Shown here piece by piece: positions 53,105-62,426 of a stretch of DNA of 62,426 nt (its first letter is position 1; every line of letters starts with the position of its first letter). Below the pieces are notes generated by a model that saw nothing but the letters and a program-made list of their open reading frames with translations, was not told where the DNA came from and did no database searches. The position numbers were made by a program, and so were the translations under genes. This stretch comes from Phyllobacteriaceae bacterium (GTDB lineage: Bacteria > Pseudomonadota > Alphaproteobacteria > Rhizobiales > Rhizobiaceae), in the NCBI GenBank assembly GCA_031423755.1, contig JANPGC010000174.1, positions 1 to 62,426 of the forward strand. The letters run 5' to 3'.

Positions 53105-53878
53105 ATGGGCACTGTCAGCAAAGCGCTTGGATTGATTGAGCTTTTGCGTGGAAGCGGCCATCCGCTCGGCCTGACCGAACTTGCCCGCCTTGCCGGGTTC
53201 GACAAGGCGACAACGCGCCGCCTGCTGTTGGAACTTGCCGCAAACGGCTATGTCGAGCAGGACGGAGAGTCGCGCGGCTATGCGCTTGGTCCTGCGTTGC
53301 AAATGCTTGGGCGCGCCCGGGAAAACCGATTTCCGCTGAACCGCGCCATTCAGCCAGCCGTCCGCTCCCTGTCTGAACTCACCGGCGAAACTGTCCATGC
53401 TACCGAATATTGCGCCGGGTCTCTCGCTTCAATCTTCACGGTCGAGTCGGGCAAGGCGAACCGGGTGATCCTCGAGCATGGCCAGAAGCTTCCCCTTCAC
53501 GCCACAGCATCGGGCTACGCGTTTCTTGCCGCTTCTTCGGACGCATTCGTTGAAAGCGTTTGCCGCAGACAGTTTGAGGTTTACACGCCAACCACGCCAA
53601 CGGACAGCAATGCATTGCTGGACATCGTGCGCGCAACGCGCGAGCGCGGCTACTCCATCTCCAACCAATCAATGGAAGAAGGCGTTTCGAGTGTCGCTGC
53701 AGCCATTCGCGGCGTTGGCGGCAAGCCTGTCGGAACAATGGCAATCGCCATGCCGGCGAGCCGTGTCACGCCTGATGTGATCCGTGAGTATGGCGAGCTG
53801 GTGCGCCAAAGCGCGGCCCAAGTCTCTGCGCGCCTCTTTGGCAAATCAACCGTCCAACCCTTCCGCAAGGCTTCTTGA
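53105..53878 (+). CDS. IclR-family transcriptional regulator
   Basis: 257 aa. N-terminal wHTH (VSKALGLIELLRGSGHPLGLTELARLAGFDKATTRRLLLEL) and a C-terminal IclR effector domain. Confidence 0.85.
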   Translation: MGTVSKALGLIELLRGSGHPLGLTELARLAGFDKATTRRLLLELAANGYVEQDGESRGYALGPALQMLGRARENRFPLNRAIQPAVRSLSELTGETVHATEYCAGSLASIFTVESGKANRVILEHGQKLPLHATASGYAFLAASSDAFVESVCRRQFEVYTPTTPTDSNALLDIVRATRERGYSISNQSMEEGVSSVAAAIRGVGGKPVGTMAIAMPASRVTPDVIREYGELVRQSAAQVSARLFGKSTVQPFRKAS

Positions 53879-53881
53879 CAC

Positions 53882-55132
53882 ATGGCTGCTTCCACACCCC
53901 GCATTCTGCTGATCGGCACTGGTGATACCAAGTCCGATGAGCTCAATTTCATGAAGTCCTGCATTGAAGACGCAGGTGGCATTGCTGTGATGATGGACGT
54001 TTCCGTCCTCGGCAACCCGCAATATGTGCCGGACTATTCCAAGCATGACATCGCCGCTGCAGCGGGCACGACCATTGAAGGCATCATCAATTCCGGTGAC
54101 GAAAACTCGGCCATGGCGTTGATGGCATCCGGCGCATCAAAACTTGCGCGCAAGCTTTATGATGACGGCAAGATGGATGGCACGATCATTCTTGGCGGTT
54201 CCATGGGTACGGATCTGGCGCTGGATGTCGCCGCCGCGCTGCCGCTCGGGGTGCCGAAATTTGTGGTGTCGACCATCTCCTTCTCGCACCTCATCCCGCC
54301 TGACCGCATCTCGACGGACTTGATGATGATCCTTTGGGCGGGTGGGCTTTATGGCCTCAACAGCATCTGCAAATCCGTGCTCAGCCAAGCCTGCGGCGCG
54401 GTCGTTGGGGCGGCGAAAGCCAGTGTCCGGCCGCAGACCGAACGTCCCATCATCGGCATGACCTCGCTCGGCAAGAGCTGCCTGAAATACATGGTGCCGA
54501 TTAAACCGGCGCTGGAAGCGCGCGGCTATGAAGTGGCGGTCTTTCATACAACAGGCATGGGCGGGCGGGCATTTGAATCCGTTGCCTCACAGAACGGGTT
54601 CGCCGCAGTGATGGATTTTTCGTTGCAGGAAATCGTCAACCACGAGAACGGCGTGCTTGCCACTTCGTCCGGCTGGGACCGGTTGGAGAACGCAGCAAAA
54701 CTTGGCATCCCGCAGATCGTCGCGCCGGGCGCGGTCGATATGGTGGATATCCAATCCTGGGCACCGCTGCCACAGCACTTTGCCGACCGGCCATACCATG
54801 CGCACAACCGGCTGATCGGCTCGATCACCACCGACCCTGAAGGACGCCGCCAGACGGCGCGCACCATTGGCCACAAGCTGGAACGGGCATGGGGTCCGGT
54901 CGCGTTCATCCTGCCTGCAGGTGGCATTGAAGAATGGGATCAGGAGGGCGAGCCGCTGCATGATCCCGAAGGTTTGCGCGCTTTCAGCGAAGCGATGCGG
55001 CTGGCCATCAAACCGCCCGTCGAGTTCCACGAAATTCCGGACCATATCAACAGCCCGGCGTTTGCAACCAAGGCGCTTGAGGTCTTTGACGCGTGGGTCG
55101 CGGATGGCATCATACCGGCAGGCGTCAAATGA
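53882..55132 (+). CDS. UPF0261 / Tm-1-like ATP-binding protein (function unknown)
   Basis: 416 aa. The N-terminus RILLIGTGDTKSDELNFMKSCIEDAGG and the length match the UPF0261 family as I remember it. Confidence 0.65.
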   Translation: MAASTPRILLIGTGDTKSDELNFMKSCIEDAGGIAVMMDVSVLGNPQYVPDYSKHDIAAAAGTTIEGIINSGDENSAMALMASGASKLARKLYDDGKMDGTIILGGSMGTDLALDVAAALPLGVPKFVVSTISFSHLIPPDRISTDLMMILWAGGLYGLNSICKSVLSQACGAVVGAAKASVRPQTERPIIGMTSLGKSCLKYMVPIKPALEARGYEVAVFHTTGMGGRAFESVASQNGFAAVMDFSLQEIVNHENGVLATSSGWDRLENAAKLGIPQIVAPGAVDMVDIQSWAPLPQHFADRPYHAHNRLIGSITTDPEGRRQTARTIGHKLERAWGPVAFILPAGGIEEWDQEGEPLHDPEGLRAFSEAMRLAIKPPVEFHEIPDHINSPAFATKALEVFDAWVADGIIPAGVK

Positions 55133-55803
55133 CTTTGCAGAAAGCGCTGATCCTCGACTTCGGCGGCGTCGTCACGCGCACATTGTTTGAGACACATGAC
55201 CTCACCGAGAGGGCGCTTGGCCTTGATCCCGGTACGCTGACTTGGCGCGGTCCATTTGCGCCGGAGACTGATCCGCTCTGGGTGTCGATGCAAAACCGGG
55301 AGATCACCGAGCGTGACTATTGGATGACCCGCACGCGCGAAGTCGGAAGGCTTGTGGGTGAGGAATGGACATCGATGATGCAGTTCGTGCAAAGCGCGCG
55401 TGGGGCGGAACCTGCTCTGGTGCTGCGAACGGAGGCACGCGAAGCGATTCTGGCAACCAAGGCGTCGGGGCTGAAACTTGCGATATTGTCCAACGAACTC
55501 GACCTATTTTACGGCGTCGAGTTTCGCAAGCGCTTCCCGTTGATCGAACTGTTCGACGTGATCATCGACGCCACATACACGCAAATTCTCAAGCCTGATC
55601 CACAAGCCTACCAGCTTTGTCTCGATGCTTTGAACCTGAAAGCATCCGACTGTGTGTTTGTGGATGACCAGATGAAGAATGTGGAGGGCGCGCTCGCCCT
55701 AGGCATTCCCACCGTCCATTTTGATGTGACAGATCCCGGCAAGAGCTACGCTGAAGCGTTGGCTTTGCTGGGTTTATATGACAAGGAAAAAGCCCATGCG
55801 TGA
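55129..55803 (+). CDS. HAD-superfamily hydrolase (subfamily IA-like phosphatase)
   Basis: 224 aa from ATG 55129 (ATGA overlap). Motif I LILDFGGVV, motif III/IV K...FVDD. Confidence 0.8.
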   Translation: MTLQKALILDFGGVVTRTLFETHDLTERALGLDPGTLTWRGPFAPETDPLWVSMQNREITERDYWMTRTREVGRLVGEEWTSMMQFVQSARGAEPALVLRTEAREAILATKASGLKLAILSNELDLFYGVEFRKRFPLIELFDVIIDATYTQILKPDPQAYQLCLDALNLKASDCVFVDDQMKNVEGALALGIPTVHFDVTDPGKSYAEALALLGLYDKEKAHA

Positions 55804-57148
55804 AGCCAATTTTCTGACTGAAAACAACGCCAAACATCTCTGGCACCCGATGGCGCACGCAGGCGAAATGCGCAGCAATCCACCGAAAATCATCAAGGCC
55901 GCATCCGGTGTCGAGATTACCGACTTGAACGGCAAGACTGTGCTCGATGCTGTAGGCGGCCTTTGGAATGTCAACCTTGGCTATTCTTGCGAGCCGGTGA
56001 AGAAGGCGATCCGCGACCAACTGGATCTGCTGCCGTATTACTCATCGTTCCGAGGAACCACAAATCCGCCCATGATCGAATTGTCCTGGGAGCTGTCCGA
56101 ATTCTTCAAGCCTGATGGCCTTACCCGCGCGTTCTTCACATCCGGTGGCTCGGACTCAGTGGAGAGCGCATTGCGCCTTGCCCGCCAGTATCACAAGCTC
56201 AAGGGGCAGCCCGAGCGCACCAAGTTCATTGCCTTGAAAAAGGGCTATCACGGCACCCATTTCGGTGGCGCGTCCGTCAATGGCAACGCCAATTTCCGCC
56301 GCGCCTACGAGCCGCTGTTGCCCGGCGTGTTTCATCTGCCTGCGCCATGGGATTACCGCAACCCGTTCAACACCACGGACGGCGCTGAGATCGCCACGCG
56401 GATTGCCGCGTTGTTTGAAGAGGAGGTCGCCTTCCAGGGTGCCGACACAATTGCCGCGTTCATCATGGAGCCAGTGCTTGGAGCGGGCGGCGTCATCGTT
56501 CCGCATGAAACCTTCATGTCGCTGATGCGGAAAATTTGTGACAAGCACGGAATTTTGCTGATCGCCGATGAAGTCATCACAGCTTTCGGCCGCGCTGGCG
56601 CATGGTCAGGCTCGCGACTTTGGGGCGTGCAGCCTGACATGATGTGCACGGCAAAAGCGGTCACCAACGGCTACTATCCATTCGGCGCAGTGATGATCCA
56701 CGAGAAGCTGACGGAAGTTTTCGAAACTTCGAAATCCCCGCTTGCGTCCATCGGTCACGGTTACACCTACTCAGGTCACCCGGTCGGCGCTGCGGCGGCA
56801 ATCGCCACTCTGGCAGAAACGAAACGCCTCAATGTTGCGTCAAATGCCGAGATGCGTGGGGTAGAATTGATGGCTGGATTGCAAGGCCTCTTTGCCAAGC
56901 ATGAACTTGTCGGAAACGCCCGGGGCATTGGCTTGATGTGTGCGTTGGAACTGGTCTCGAACCGCGACACGAAATCGGCACCTGCCAAAGAGGCCGTTCA
57001 GAAAGTGCAGGATGTGGCCTATGATGCCGGTGTCATGGTGCGCACATCCGGTCCCAACATCATCATCTCGCCGCCGCTGATCATCACAGCAAACGATGTG
57101 CACAAAATCGTCTCCGCTCTCGATGCGGGGTTGGCCGCAGCATCATGA
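55796..57148 (+). CDS. Class-III (omega) aminotransferase
   Basis: 450 aa from ATG 55796 (AAGGAAAAAG RBS; overlaps the HAD stop). Motifs HLWHP, GSDSVE and LIADEV, with the PLP-Lys region CTAKAVTNGY. Confidence 0.85.
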   Translation: MREANFLTENNAKHLWHPMAHAGEMRSNPPKIIKAASGVEITDLNGKTVLDAVGGLWNVNLGYSCEPVKKAIRDQLDLLPYYSSFRGTTNPPMIELSWELSEFFKPDGLTRAFFTSGGSDSVESALRLARQYHKLKGQPERTKFIALKKGYHGTHFGGASVNGNANFRRAYEPLLPGVFHLPAPWDYRNPFNTTDGAEIATRIAALFEEEVAFQGADTIAAFIMEPVLGAGGVIVPHETFMSLMRKICDKHGILLIADEVITAFGRAGAWSGSRLWGVQPDMMCTAKAVTNGYYPFGAVMIHEKLTEVFETSKSPLASIGHGYTYSGHPVGAAAAIATLAETKRLNVASNAEMRGVELMAGLQGLFAKHELVGNARGIGLMCALELVSNRDTKSAPAKEAVQKVQDVAYDAGVMVRTSGPNIIISPPLIITANDVHKIVSALDAGLAAAS

Positions 57149-58434
57149 TATCGGCGCAAACCAGAGCTTTGATGGATCGCCGCGACCGGCTGCTCGGACC
57201 GGGTGCACGGTTGTTTTACGATGAGCCGGTGCAGCTTGTTTCCGGCAAAGGCGTTCGTGTGAAAGATGCTGCCGGGCGCGAATATCTTGATTGCTACAAC
57301 AATGTTCCGCACGTCGGCCATTGCCATCCGCGTGTCGTAGAGGCGATCTGCCGCCAAGCCTCCATTATCAATACGCACACGCGCTATCTGCACGAGGGCA
57401 TTCTTGACTATGTCGAGCGGCTGACGGCGACATTTGGCGACAACATCACCTCGGCAATCATGGTCTGCACCGGCAGCGAGGCCAATGATGTCGCGCTTCG
57501 TATGGCGCAGGCCGTCACTGGCAAGACGGGGATCATCGCTTCTGATCACACCTACCACGGCAACACCACGGCCGTTTCCCAACTCTCAACCACCATGCCG
57601 CCCATCGGCGGCCATGGCGGACACGTGCGCCATGTCGCAGCGCCGGACAGTTACCGCCCGCTGGGTGGAACCGGCGGTGAAGCGCATGCGGCGGCGTTTG
57701 CGGCGGAAGTGGAGAAGGCCTGCCAGTCGCTCATCGAAAGCGGTCACGGTGTCTCCGGCATGATCCTTTGCCCGGCCTTCGTCAACGAGGGCTTTCCCGA
57801 TCTTCATGCCGGCTTCCTTGATGAGACTGTTGCAGTGGTGCGCAAGCATGGCGGCGTTATAATCGCCGACGAAGTGCAGCCAGGCTTTGGGCGCATCGGG
57901 TCGCACTTCTGGGGGCATCAAAAAATGGGCTTTGCGCCCGATATTGTCACCATGGGCAAACCGATGGGCAATGGCCACCCGGTTGCCGCCGTTGCCACCA
58001 GCCTCGATATCCTGACTTCATTCCGCAAAGCATTCCGCTATTTCAACACGTTTGGCGGCAATCCGGTTTCTTGCGCCGCAGCAAATGCGGTGCTCGATGT
58101 TCTGGAAGGCGAGCGGCTTCAAGCCAATGCGGCAAATGTTGGCGCATATGTCCGCGATGGACTGAAGCGGCTTGCCGACAAGCATGTCATCATTGGCGAC
58201 GTGCGCGGTTCAGGACTGGCGATTGGTGCCGAGCTGGTGATCGACCGCACGACGAGAGAGCCGGCACGAGAGATTGCAGCACGTGTCATAAACCTCTTGC
58301 GCGCGCGCGGTGTGCTCGCGGGGGCGAATGGCATCTCATACAATGTGCTCAAGATCCGCCCACCGATGCCATTCTCCAGGACTGATGGTGAGGAGCTGTT
58401 GTCTGCCTTGGATGACAGTCTGTCAGCGCTATGA
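57145..58434 (+). CDS. Class-III aminotransferase-fold enzyme of the AGXT2L / O-phospho-amino-alcohol phospho-lyase type
   Basis: 429 aa. Motifs DCYNNVPHVGHCHPRVV and DIVTMGKPMGNGHPVAAV resemble ethanolamine-phosphate / phosphohydroxylysine phospho-lyases. ATGA-coupled to the neighbouring genes. Confidence 0.7.
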   Translation: MISAQTRALMDRRDRLLGPGARLFYDEPVQLVSGKGVRVKDAAGREYLDCYNNVPHVGHCHPRVVEAICRQASIINTHTRYLHEGILDYVERLTATFGDNITSAIMVCTGSEANDVALRMAQAVTGKTGIIASDHTYHGNTTAVSQLSTTMPPIGGHGGHVRHVAAPDSYRPLGGTGGEAHAAAFAAEVEKACQSLIESGHGVSGMILCPAFVNEGFPDLHAGFLDETVAVVRKHGGVIIADEVQPGFGRIGSHFWGHQKMGFAPDIVTMGKPMGNGHPVAAVATSLDILTSFRKAFRYFNTFGGNPVSCAAANAVLDVLEGERLQANAANVGAYVRDGLKRLADKHVIIGDVRGSGLAIGAELVIDRTTREPAREIAARVINLLRARGVLAGANGISYNVLKIRPPMPFSRTDGEELLSALDDSLSAL

Positions 58435-59444
58435 TGGACCGTGCCAAGATGGCTGAAGAAGTGCTCGAAACGGTCACCAAAACGGCGCGCAAAGCGCTCG
58501 AATCCTGGTCGGACATTATCGGCGAGCCGCAACTCGTGATGCACCGGGAGAACTCGGTGTTTAGGGTCGAGACCAAGGCGGGGCCCGCCGCATTGCGCAT
58601 TCACCGGGCGGGCTATCATTCGCTGAATGCAATTCAATCCGAGCTCGACTGGATGGCGCATCTGGCAGCAAATGGTCTTGCAGTCCCTGCGCCGATCCCG
58701 ACATCAGATGGAGAATTGCTCGTCGAAATCAGCAATGGTTCCGGAAAGCGCTACGTCGCCGATCTGTTGACTTGGCTGGATGGCGCACCTCTCGGCAAGT
58801 CCGGTGTTCCACTCGCCGGGTCGGTTGATGAGCAGACAGAACTTTTCCGCGCGCTCGGCAAATCCATGGCGCAACTTCACCAAATCTCTGACAATTGGCG
58901 CGCCCCGCCGCACTTTGATCGCCATGCATGGGACCGGAATGGGTTAATTGGCGATACGCCGTTCTGGGGTCAATTCTGGACGATCTCGGATTGCTCTAAT
59001 GAGGAATTGACAACACTCACGGCAGTACGGCGACAGCTGGGGAATGATCTGGACCAATATTTTGCTGATGGCGCGGACTATGGACTCATTCATGCTGATC
59101 TCGTGCGGGAGAATGTGCTTGTGCATCAGGGTCAAATCCGGATGATTGACTTTGACGATGCAGGTTTCGGTTTCCGGATGTTCGACATCGCCACCGCGCT
59201 GATCAAGAACCGCAGCGAGCCGCACTATGAGGCGCTGAAGTTCGCTCTGCTTTCAGCCTATGGGTCGCAGCGCCAGATATCCCAACGTGATCTGGATACG
59301 CTTCCAATGTTCCTGCTGCTGCGAGCGCTTACCTATTTGGGGTGGGCCGAGTCGAGGAAGCACGAGCCCGACATGACGGCCCGCCGCCAGCGACACAAGA
59401 GCGAAGCGCTTGAGCTCGCCCGCACCTATCTTGCGCGGGAGTGA
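58431..59444 (+). CDS. APH-fold small-molecule kinase (homoserine-kinase-II / hydroxylysine-kinase-like)
   Basis: 337 aa. Brenner motif IHADLVRENVL and metal-binding IDFDD. Confidence 0.8.
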   Translation: MMDRAKMAEEVLETVTKTARKALESWSDIIGEPQLVMHRENSVFRVETKAGPAALRIHRAGYHSLNAIQSELDWMAHLAANGLAVPAPIPTSDGELLVEISNGSGKRYVADLLTWLDGAPLGKSGVPLAGSVDEQTELFRALGKSMAQLHQISDNWRAPPHFDRHAWDRNGLIGDTPFWGQFWTISDCSNEELTTLTAVRRQLGNDLDQYFADGADYGLIHADLVRENVLVHQGQIRMIDFDDAGFGFRMFDIATALIKNRSEPHYEALKFALLSAYGSQRQISQRDLDTLPMFLLLRALTYLGWAESRKHEPDMTARRQRHKSEALELARTYLARE

Positions 59445-59902
59445 CGACGGACATCCTCCGGCATGCGGATGGTTTCGATCCGCTCCAGCGAAGATAGCAG
59501 TTGCGCAGTCGCCCTGTTCCCAAGCGCCGCGACCAGATCGGCCTCGAACTGCCGCGCTGACTGCGAGAGTTTGGCAAATTGTACACGGCCTGTTTTCGTC
59601 AGTTGCAGCCACTCAACCCGCCGGTCTGCATCGTCAACTTTGCGCGCCAGCCACTTGCGCTCTTCCAGTGCGAACACCGCACGGCTGACCTTGGTCTTGT
59701 GCATATTGGCCTGCGCGCCAATGTCTGTCGCCGTCGTGCGGGCGAGCTGCGCGAGGATGGCCAGCACCCGCCATTCGGGACGGCTGAGCCCCTCCTGCTG
59801 TTTGTAAATTGCCGCGAACGCCAAGCTCACCTTTTCCGCGGCGTTGTGCAGCCTGTAGGGCAGAAAATCACGCAAGATCAATTCGGACTCTGCGGCGCAC
59901 AT
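59426..59902 (-). CDS. MarR-family transcriptional regulator (divergent from hmgA)
   Basis: 158 aa from ATG 59902. wHTH ([46 protein letters not shown]). Confidence 0.8.
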   Translation of the reverse strand: MCAAESELILRDFLPYRLHNAAEKVSLAFAAIYKQQEGLSRPEWRVLAILAQLARTTATDIGAQANMHKTKVSRAVFALEERKWLARKVDDADRRVEWLQLTKTGRVQFAKLSQSARQFEADLVAALGNRATAQLLSSLERIETIRMPEDVRRHSRAR

Positions 59903-59952
59903 GGCAATTACCCCGTTGATAGTTACAAAATGGATCGTTACGAATGCAACCA

Positions 59953-59964
59953 TTAACGCGTTAA
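59953..59964. promoter_or_regulatory. 12-bp perfect palindrome TTAACGCGTTAA, candidate MarR operator at hmgA
   Basis: Lies in the 79-bp MarR/hmgA divergent region, 18 nt upstream of the hmgA ATG. Confidence 0.35.
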
Positions 59965-59981
59965 GCATGGGAGGGCCAGCC

Positions 59982-61298
59982 ATGACGTTGAAATATATGC
60001 CGGGCTTCGGCAATGATTTTGAGACGGAAAGCCTGCCCGGCGCGTTGCCGCAGGGCCAGAACTCGCCGCAACGCTGCGCCTACGGGCTCTATGCCGAGCA
60101 ATTGTCTGGCTCGCCATTTACCGCGCCGCGCGGCGCAAACGAGCGGTCATGGCTCTACCGCATCCGACCATCCGTACGCCACACCGGACGCTTCAAGCAG
60201 GTCGGGCACGCATTCTGGAAATCTGCGCCCAACACGGACGATCATGAGTTGCCGCTCGGCCAGTTGCGCTGGGACCCCGTGCCGATGCCCAAGGAGCGGA
60301 CGAATTTCATCGAAGGCATTCGCACAATCACCACGGCTGGCGATGTCAATGGACAAGCGGGCATGGCATCGCACATCTACGTTGCCAACTGCGACATGGT
60401 GGACGAGCATTTCTTCAACGCCGATGGCGAGCTGATGATAGTGCCCGAAACGGGCTGCCTGCGCATTGTCACAGAGATGGGCATTATCGAACTGGAGCCC
60501 TCGGAAATATGCATCATTCCGCGCGGAATGCTGTTCCGCGTTGAGCTTGTCGACACTGAAGCGCGCGGATATGTCTGTGAAAACTACGGCGCAAAATTCA
60601 CACTGCCGGAGCGCGGCCCGATCGGTGCGAATTGCCTTGCCAACCCGCGCGATTTCAAGACACCCGTGGCCTGGTTCGAGGAAAAAGACACGCCGACGCG
60701 GCTCCTGATTAAATGGTGCGGCAAGTTCCATGAAACCACGCTGCCACACTCGCCGATGGATGTCGTCGCTTGGCATGGCAATTATGTGCCATACAAATAT
60801 GATCTGCGCACTTTTTCGCCCGTTGGTGCCATTCTGTTTGATCATCCGGACCCGTCAATATTCACGGTGCTCTCAGCGCCATCAGGCGAAGAAGGCACTG
60901 CCAACATCGACTTCGTGATCTTTCCGCCGCGCTGGCTGGTGGCGGAGCATTCCTTCCGCCCGCCTTGGTATCACCGCAACATCATGTCCGAGTTCATGGG
61001 CCTTATCTATGGGCGCTACGATGCCAAGGAGGAAGGTTTCGTCCCTGGCGGCATGAGCCTGCACAACATGATGCTGGCACACGGCCCGGATGCGCCGGGC
61101 TATTGGAAGGCCTCGACGGTTGACCTGAAACCCGTCAAGCTCGACCACACAATGGCGTTCATGTTCGAAACACGTTTCCCGCAGCACATCACGCGCTTTG
61201 CCGCCGAACTTGAGACACTGCAGGACAATTACGCCGACTGCTGGAACGACCTGAAAAAGCGGTTCAACGGAACCATCGAAGGGGACTGGAGCGAATGA
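59982..61298 (+). CDS. hmgA: Homogentisate 1,2-dioxygenase
   Basis: 438 aa from ATG 59982 (GGGAGGG RBS). Canonical N-terminus [26 protein letters not shown]. Confidence 0.93.
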   Translation: MTLKYMPGFGNDFETESLPGALPQGQNSPQRCAYGLYAEQLSGSPFTAPRGANERSWLYRIRPSVRHTGRFKQVGHAFWKSAPNTDDHELPLGQLRWDPVPMPKERTNFIEGIRTITTAGDVNGQAGMASHIYVANCDMVDEHFFNADGELMIVPETGCLRIVTEMGIIELEPSEICIIPRGMLFRVELVDTEARGYVCENYGAKFTLPERGPIGANCLANPRDFKTPVAWFEEKDTPTRLLIKWCGKFHETTLPHSPMDVVAWHGNYVPYKYDLRTFSPVGAILFDHPDPSIFTVLSAPSGEEGTANIDFVIFPPRWLVAEHSFRPPWYHRNIMSEFMGLIYGRYDAKEEGFVPGGMSLHNMMLAHGPDAPGYWKASTVDLKPVKLDHTMAFMFETRFPQHITRFAAELETLQDNYADCWNDLKKRFNGTIEGDWSE

Positions 61299-62317
61299 AG
61301 CTGGCGACACTCAAAAACGGCTCTCGTGACGGCAGGCTGGTGGTCGTCTCGCGCGATCTGACCCGTTGCACGGATGCCTCTTTCCTCGCGCCGACACTGC
61401 AGGCGGCGCTGGACAATTGGGCCAAATATGTCAGTCATCTCAAGAACCTTTCCGAGAGCCTTGAGCACGGATCTGTCCCCTCGGAGCGCTTTCACGAAAA
61501 TGACGCGCAATCGCCGCTGCCGCGCGCCTACCAATGGGCAGACGGCTCGGCCTATGTGAACCATGTCGAACTTGTTCGCAAAGCCCGCAATTCCGAAATG
61601 CCGGAAAGTTTCTGGACCGACCCACTGATCTATCAGGGCGGCTCGGACTCGTTTCTCAATCCGCGCGATCCGATTGTCATGGCCGACGAGGCCTACGGTA
61701 TCGACATGGAGGGCGAAGTGGCAGTGATTGTCGACGATGTGCCGATGGGTGCCTCGCCGGATCAGGCCGCCGCTGCTATCCGTCTCATCATGCTGGTCAA
61801 TGATGTCTCGTTGCGCAATCTCATTCCGGCGGAGCTTGCGAAAGGTTTCGGCTTCTTCCAGTCCAAGCCCTCTTCGGCCTTCTCCCCCGTGGCCGTGACG
61901 CCGGATGAACTTGGCGAGGCATGGAGGGATGGCAAGGTGCATCTGACCTTGTCCGTTGATCTCAACGGCAAGCCGTTCGGCCGCGCCAATGCGGGCATCG
62001 ATATGACGTTTGATTTCGGCCAGCTCGTCGCCCATGCCGCCAAGACCCGTCCGCTGTGCGCCGGCACAATCATCGGCTCCGGCACTGTGTCCAACAAGGA
62101 CAAGGATGGCGGGCCGGGCAAGCCGGTCGCGGCGGGGGGCCTCGGCTATTCCTGCATCGCCGAAATTCGCATGATCGAGACCATCGTCACCGGCAAACCG
62201 GAAACGCCGTTCATGCAATTCGGTGACACTGTGCGAATCGAAATGAAGGATGCCGCAGGCCGCTCGATCTTCGGCGCGATAGAACAGACTGTGCAAAAAT
62301 ATTCAGGGACCAATTGA
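61295..62317 (+). CDS. Fumarylacetoacetate-hydrolase-family protein (probable fumarylacetoacetase role)
   Basis: 340 aa. FAH fold ([20 protein letters not shown]). ATGA overlap with hmgA. Confidence 0.75.
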   Translation: MKLATLKNGSRDGRLVVVSRDLTRCTDASFLAPTLQAALDNWAKYVSHLKNLSESLEHGSVPSERFHENDAQSPLPRAYQWADGSAYVNHVELVRKARNSEMPESFWTDPLIYQGGSDSFLNPRDPIVMADEAYGIDMEGEVAVIVDDVPMGASPDQAAAAIRLIMLVNDVSLRNLIPAELAKGFGFFQSKPSSAFSPVAVTPDELGEAWRDGKVHLTLSVDLNGKPFGRANAGIDMTFDFGQLVAHAAKTRPLCAGTIIGSGTVSNKDKDGGPGKPVAAGGLGYSCIAEIRMIETIVTGKPETPFMQFGDTVRIEMKDAAGRSIFGAIEQTVQKYSGTN

Positions 62318-62426
62318 ATGGCCAAGCAATTTGCCTCGCAAGGCGACCTGTCGGAAAAGAACATCTCGTTTACGGAAATCGGCCGCGATCTCTGGGCATT
62401 CACCGCCGAGGGTGACCCGAACACTG
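62318..62426 (+). CDS. Partial CDS (36 codons), possibly MBL-fold hydrolase N-terminus
   Basis: The ATG directly follows the FAH stop (TGAATG). Translation is MAKQFASQGDLSEKNISFTEIGRDLWAFTAEGDPNT, and the gene runs off the window. The family guess is weak. Confidence 0.35.
   Translation, partial: MAKQFASQGDLSEKNISFTEIGRDLWAFTAEGDPNT

Noticed and set aside
61229-62296. 355-aa minus-strand ORF
   Set aside because: Antisense shadow of the FAH-family gene (61295-62317). Low-complexity Arg/Gly-rich sequence with no family resemblance.
1-62426. Looked for tRNA/rRNA genes, CRISPR repeats, IS/transposase or integrase genes and long direct repeats
   Set aside because: I recognised none by eye. All sizeable intergenic regions are accounted for by promoters or hairpins. 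A computational scan (tRNAscan, Rfam, ISfinder) is needed to confirm the absence.

Overview
High-GC alphaproteobacterial (Rhizobiales-like) chromosomal segment, almost entirely coding (about 60 genes). No rRNA, tRNA, CRISPR array or IS element was recognised. The ORF track uses the longest possible ORF and accepts GTG/TTG starts. I therefore trimmed many 5' ends to RBS-supported starts and discarded the large antisense shadow ORFs.

Left to right:
1. pqqABCDE on the minus strand. pqqE is cut by the window edge, and the 31-aa pqqA is missing from the ORF track.
2. A ~13-kb minus-strand aromatic catabolic operon with a divergent LysR regulator. It encodes a PcpA/LinE/MhqO-type dioxygenase, a carboxylesterase, maleylacetate reductase, a 5-gene Liv-type ABC importer, an FAD phenol hydroxylase, an intradiol hydroxyquinol-type dioxygenase, a two-subunit CoA-transferase and a 3-oxoadipyl-CoA thiolase.
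3. A ~20-kb general-stress-response (GSR) block: HU-like protein, vapBC, multi-PAS HWE kinase, phyR, a 98-aa acidic protein, galU, a HisKA_2 kinase, an RHH protein, a PHB-depolymerase-family esterase, a Gsp26/PNPOx-like protein, the 2839-aa cyclic beta-1,2-glucan synthase ndvB, and YflT-like plus EF-hand proteins. Here I read eight exact GGAAC-N16/17-CGTT (EcfG-type) promoter motifs, all correctly oriented upstream of genes.
4. A homoprotocatechuate meta-cleavage operon with an embedded aromatic-amino-acid decarboxylase, plus divergent hpaR.
5. An Ipu/Puu-like gamma-glutamylation amine-catabolic cluster containing a P450/ferredoxin/ferredoxin-reductase system.
6. An IclR-headed, translationally coupled operon: UPF0261, HAD, two class-III aminotransferases and an APH-type kinase.
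7. MarR-hmgA-FAH (homogentisate pathway).

The most interesting signals are the dense EcfG promoter island, which puts galU and ndvB under predicted stress control, and the hpa / decarboxylase / gamma-glutamyl-P450 / kinase-phospholyase neighbourhood. That neighbourhood looks like an undescribed composite route for aromatic or alkyl amines. All functional calls come from recognising the translated sequences by eye; no database search was run.
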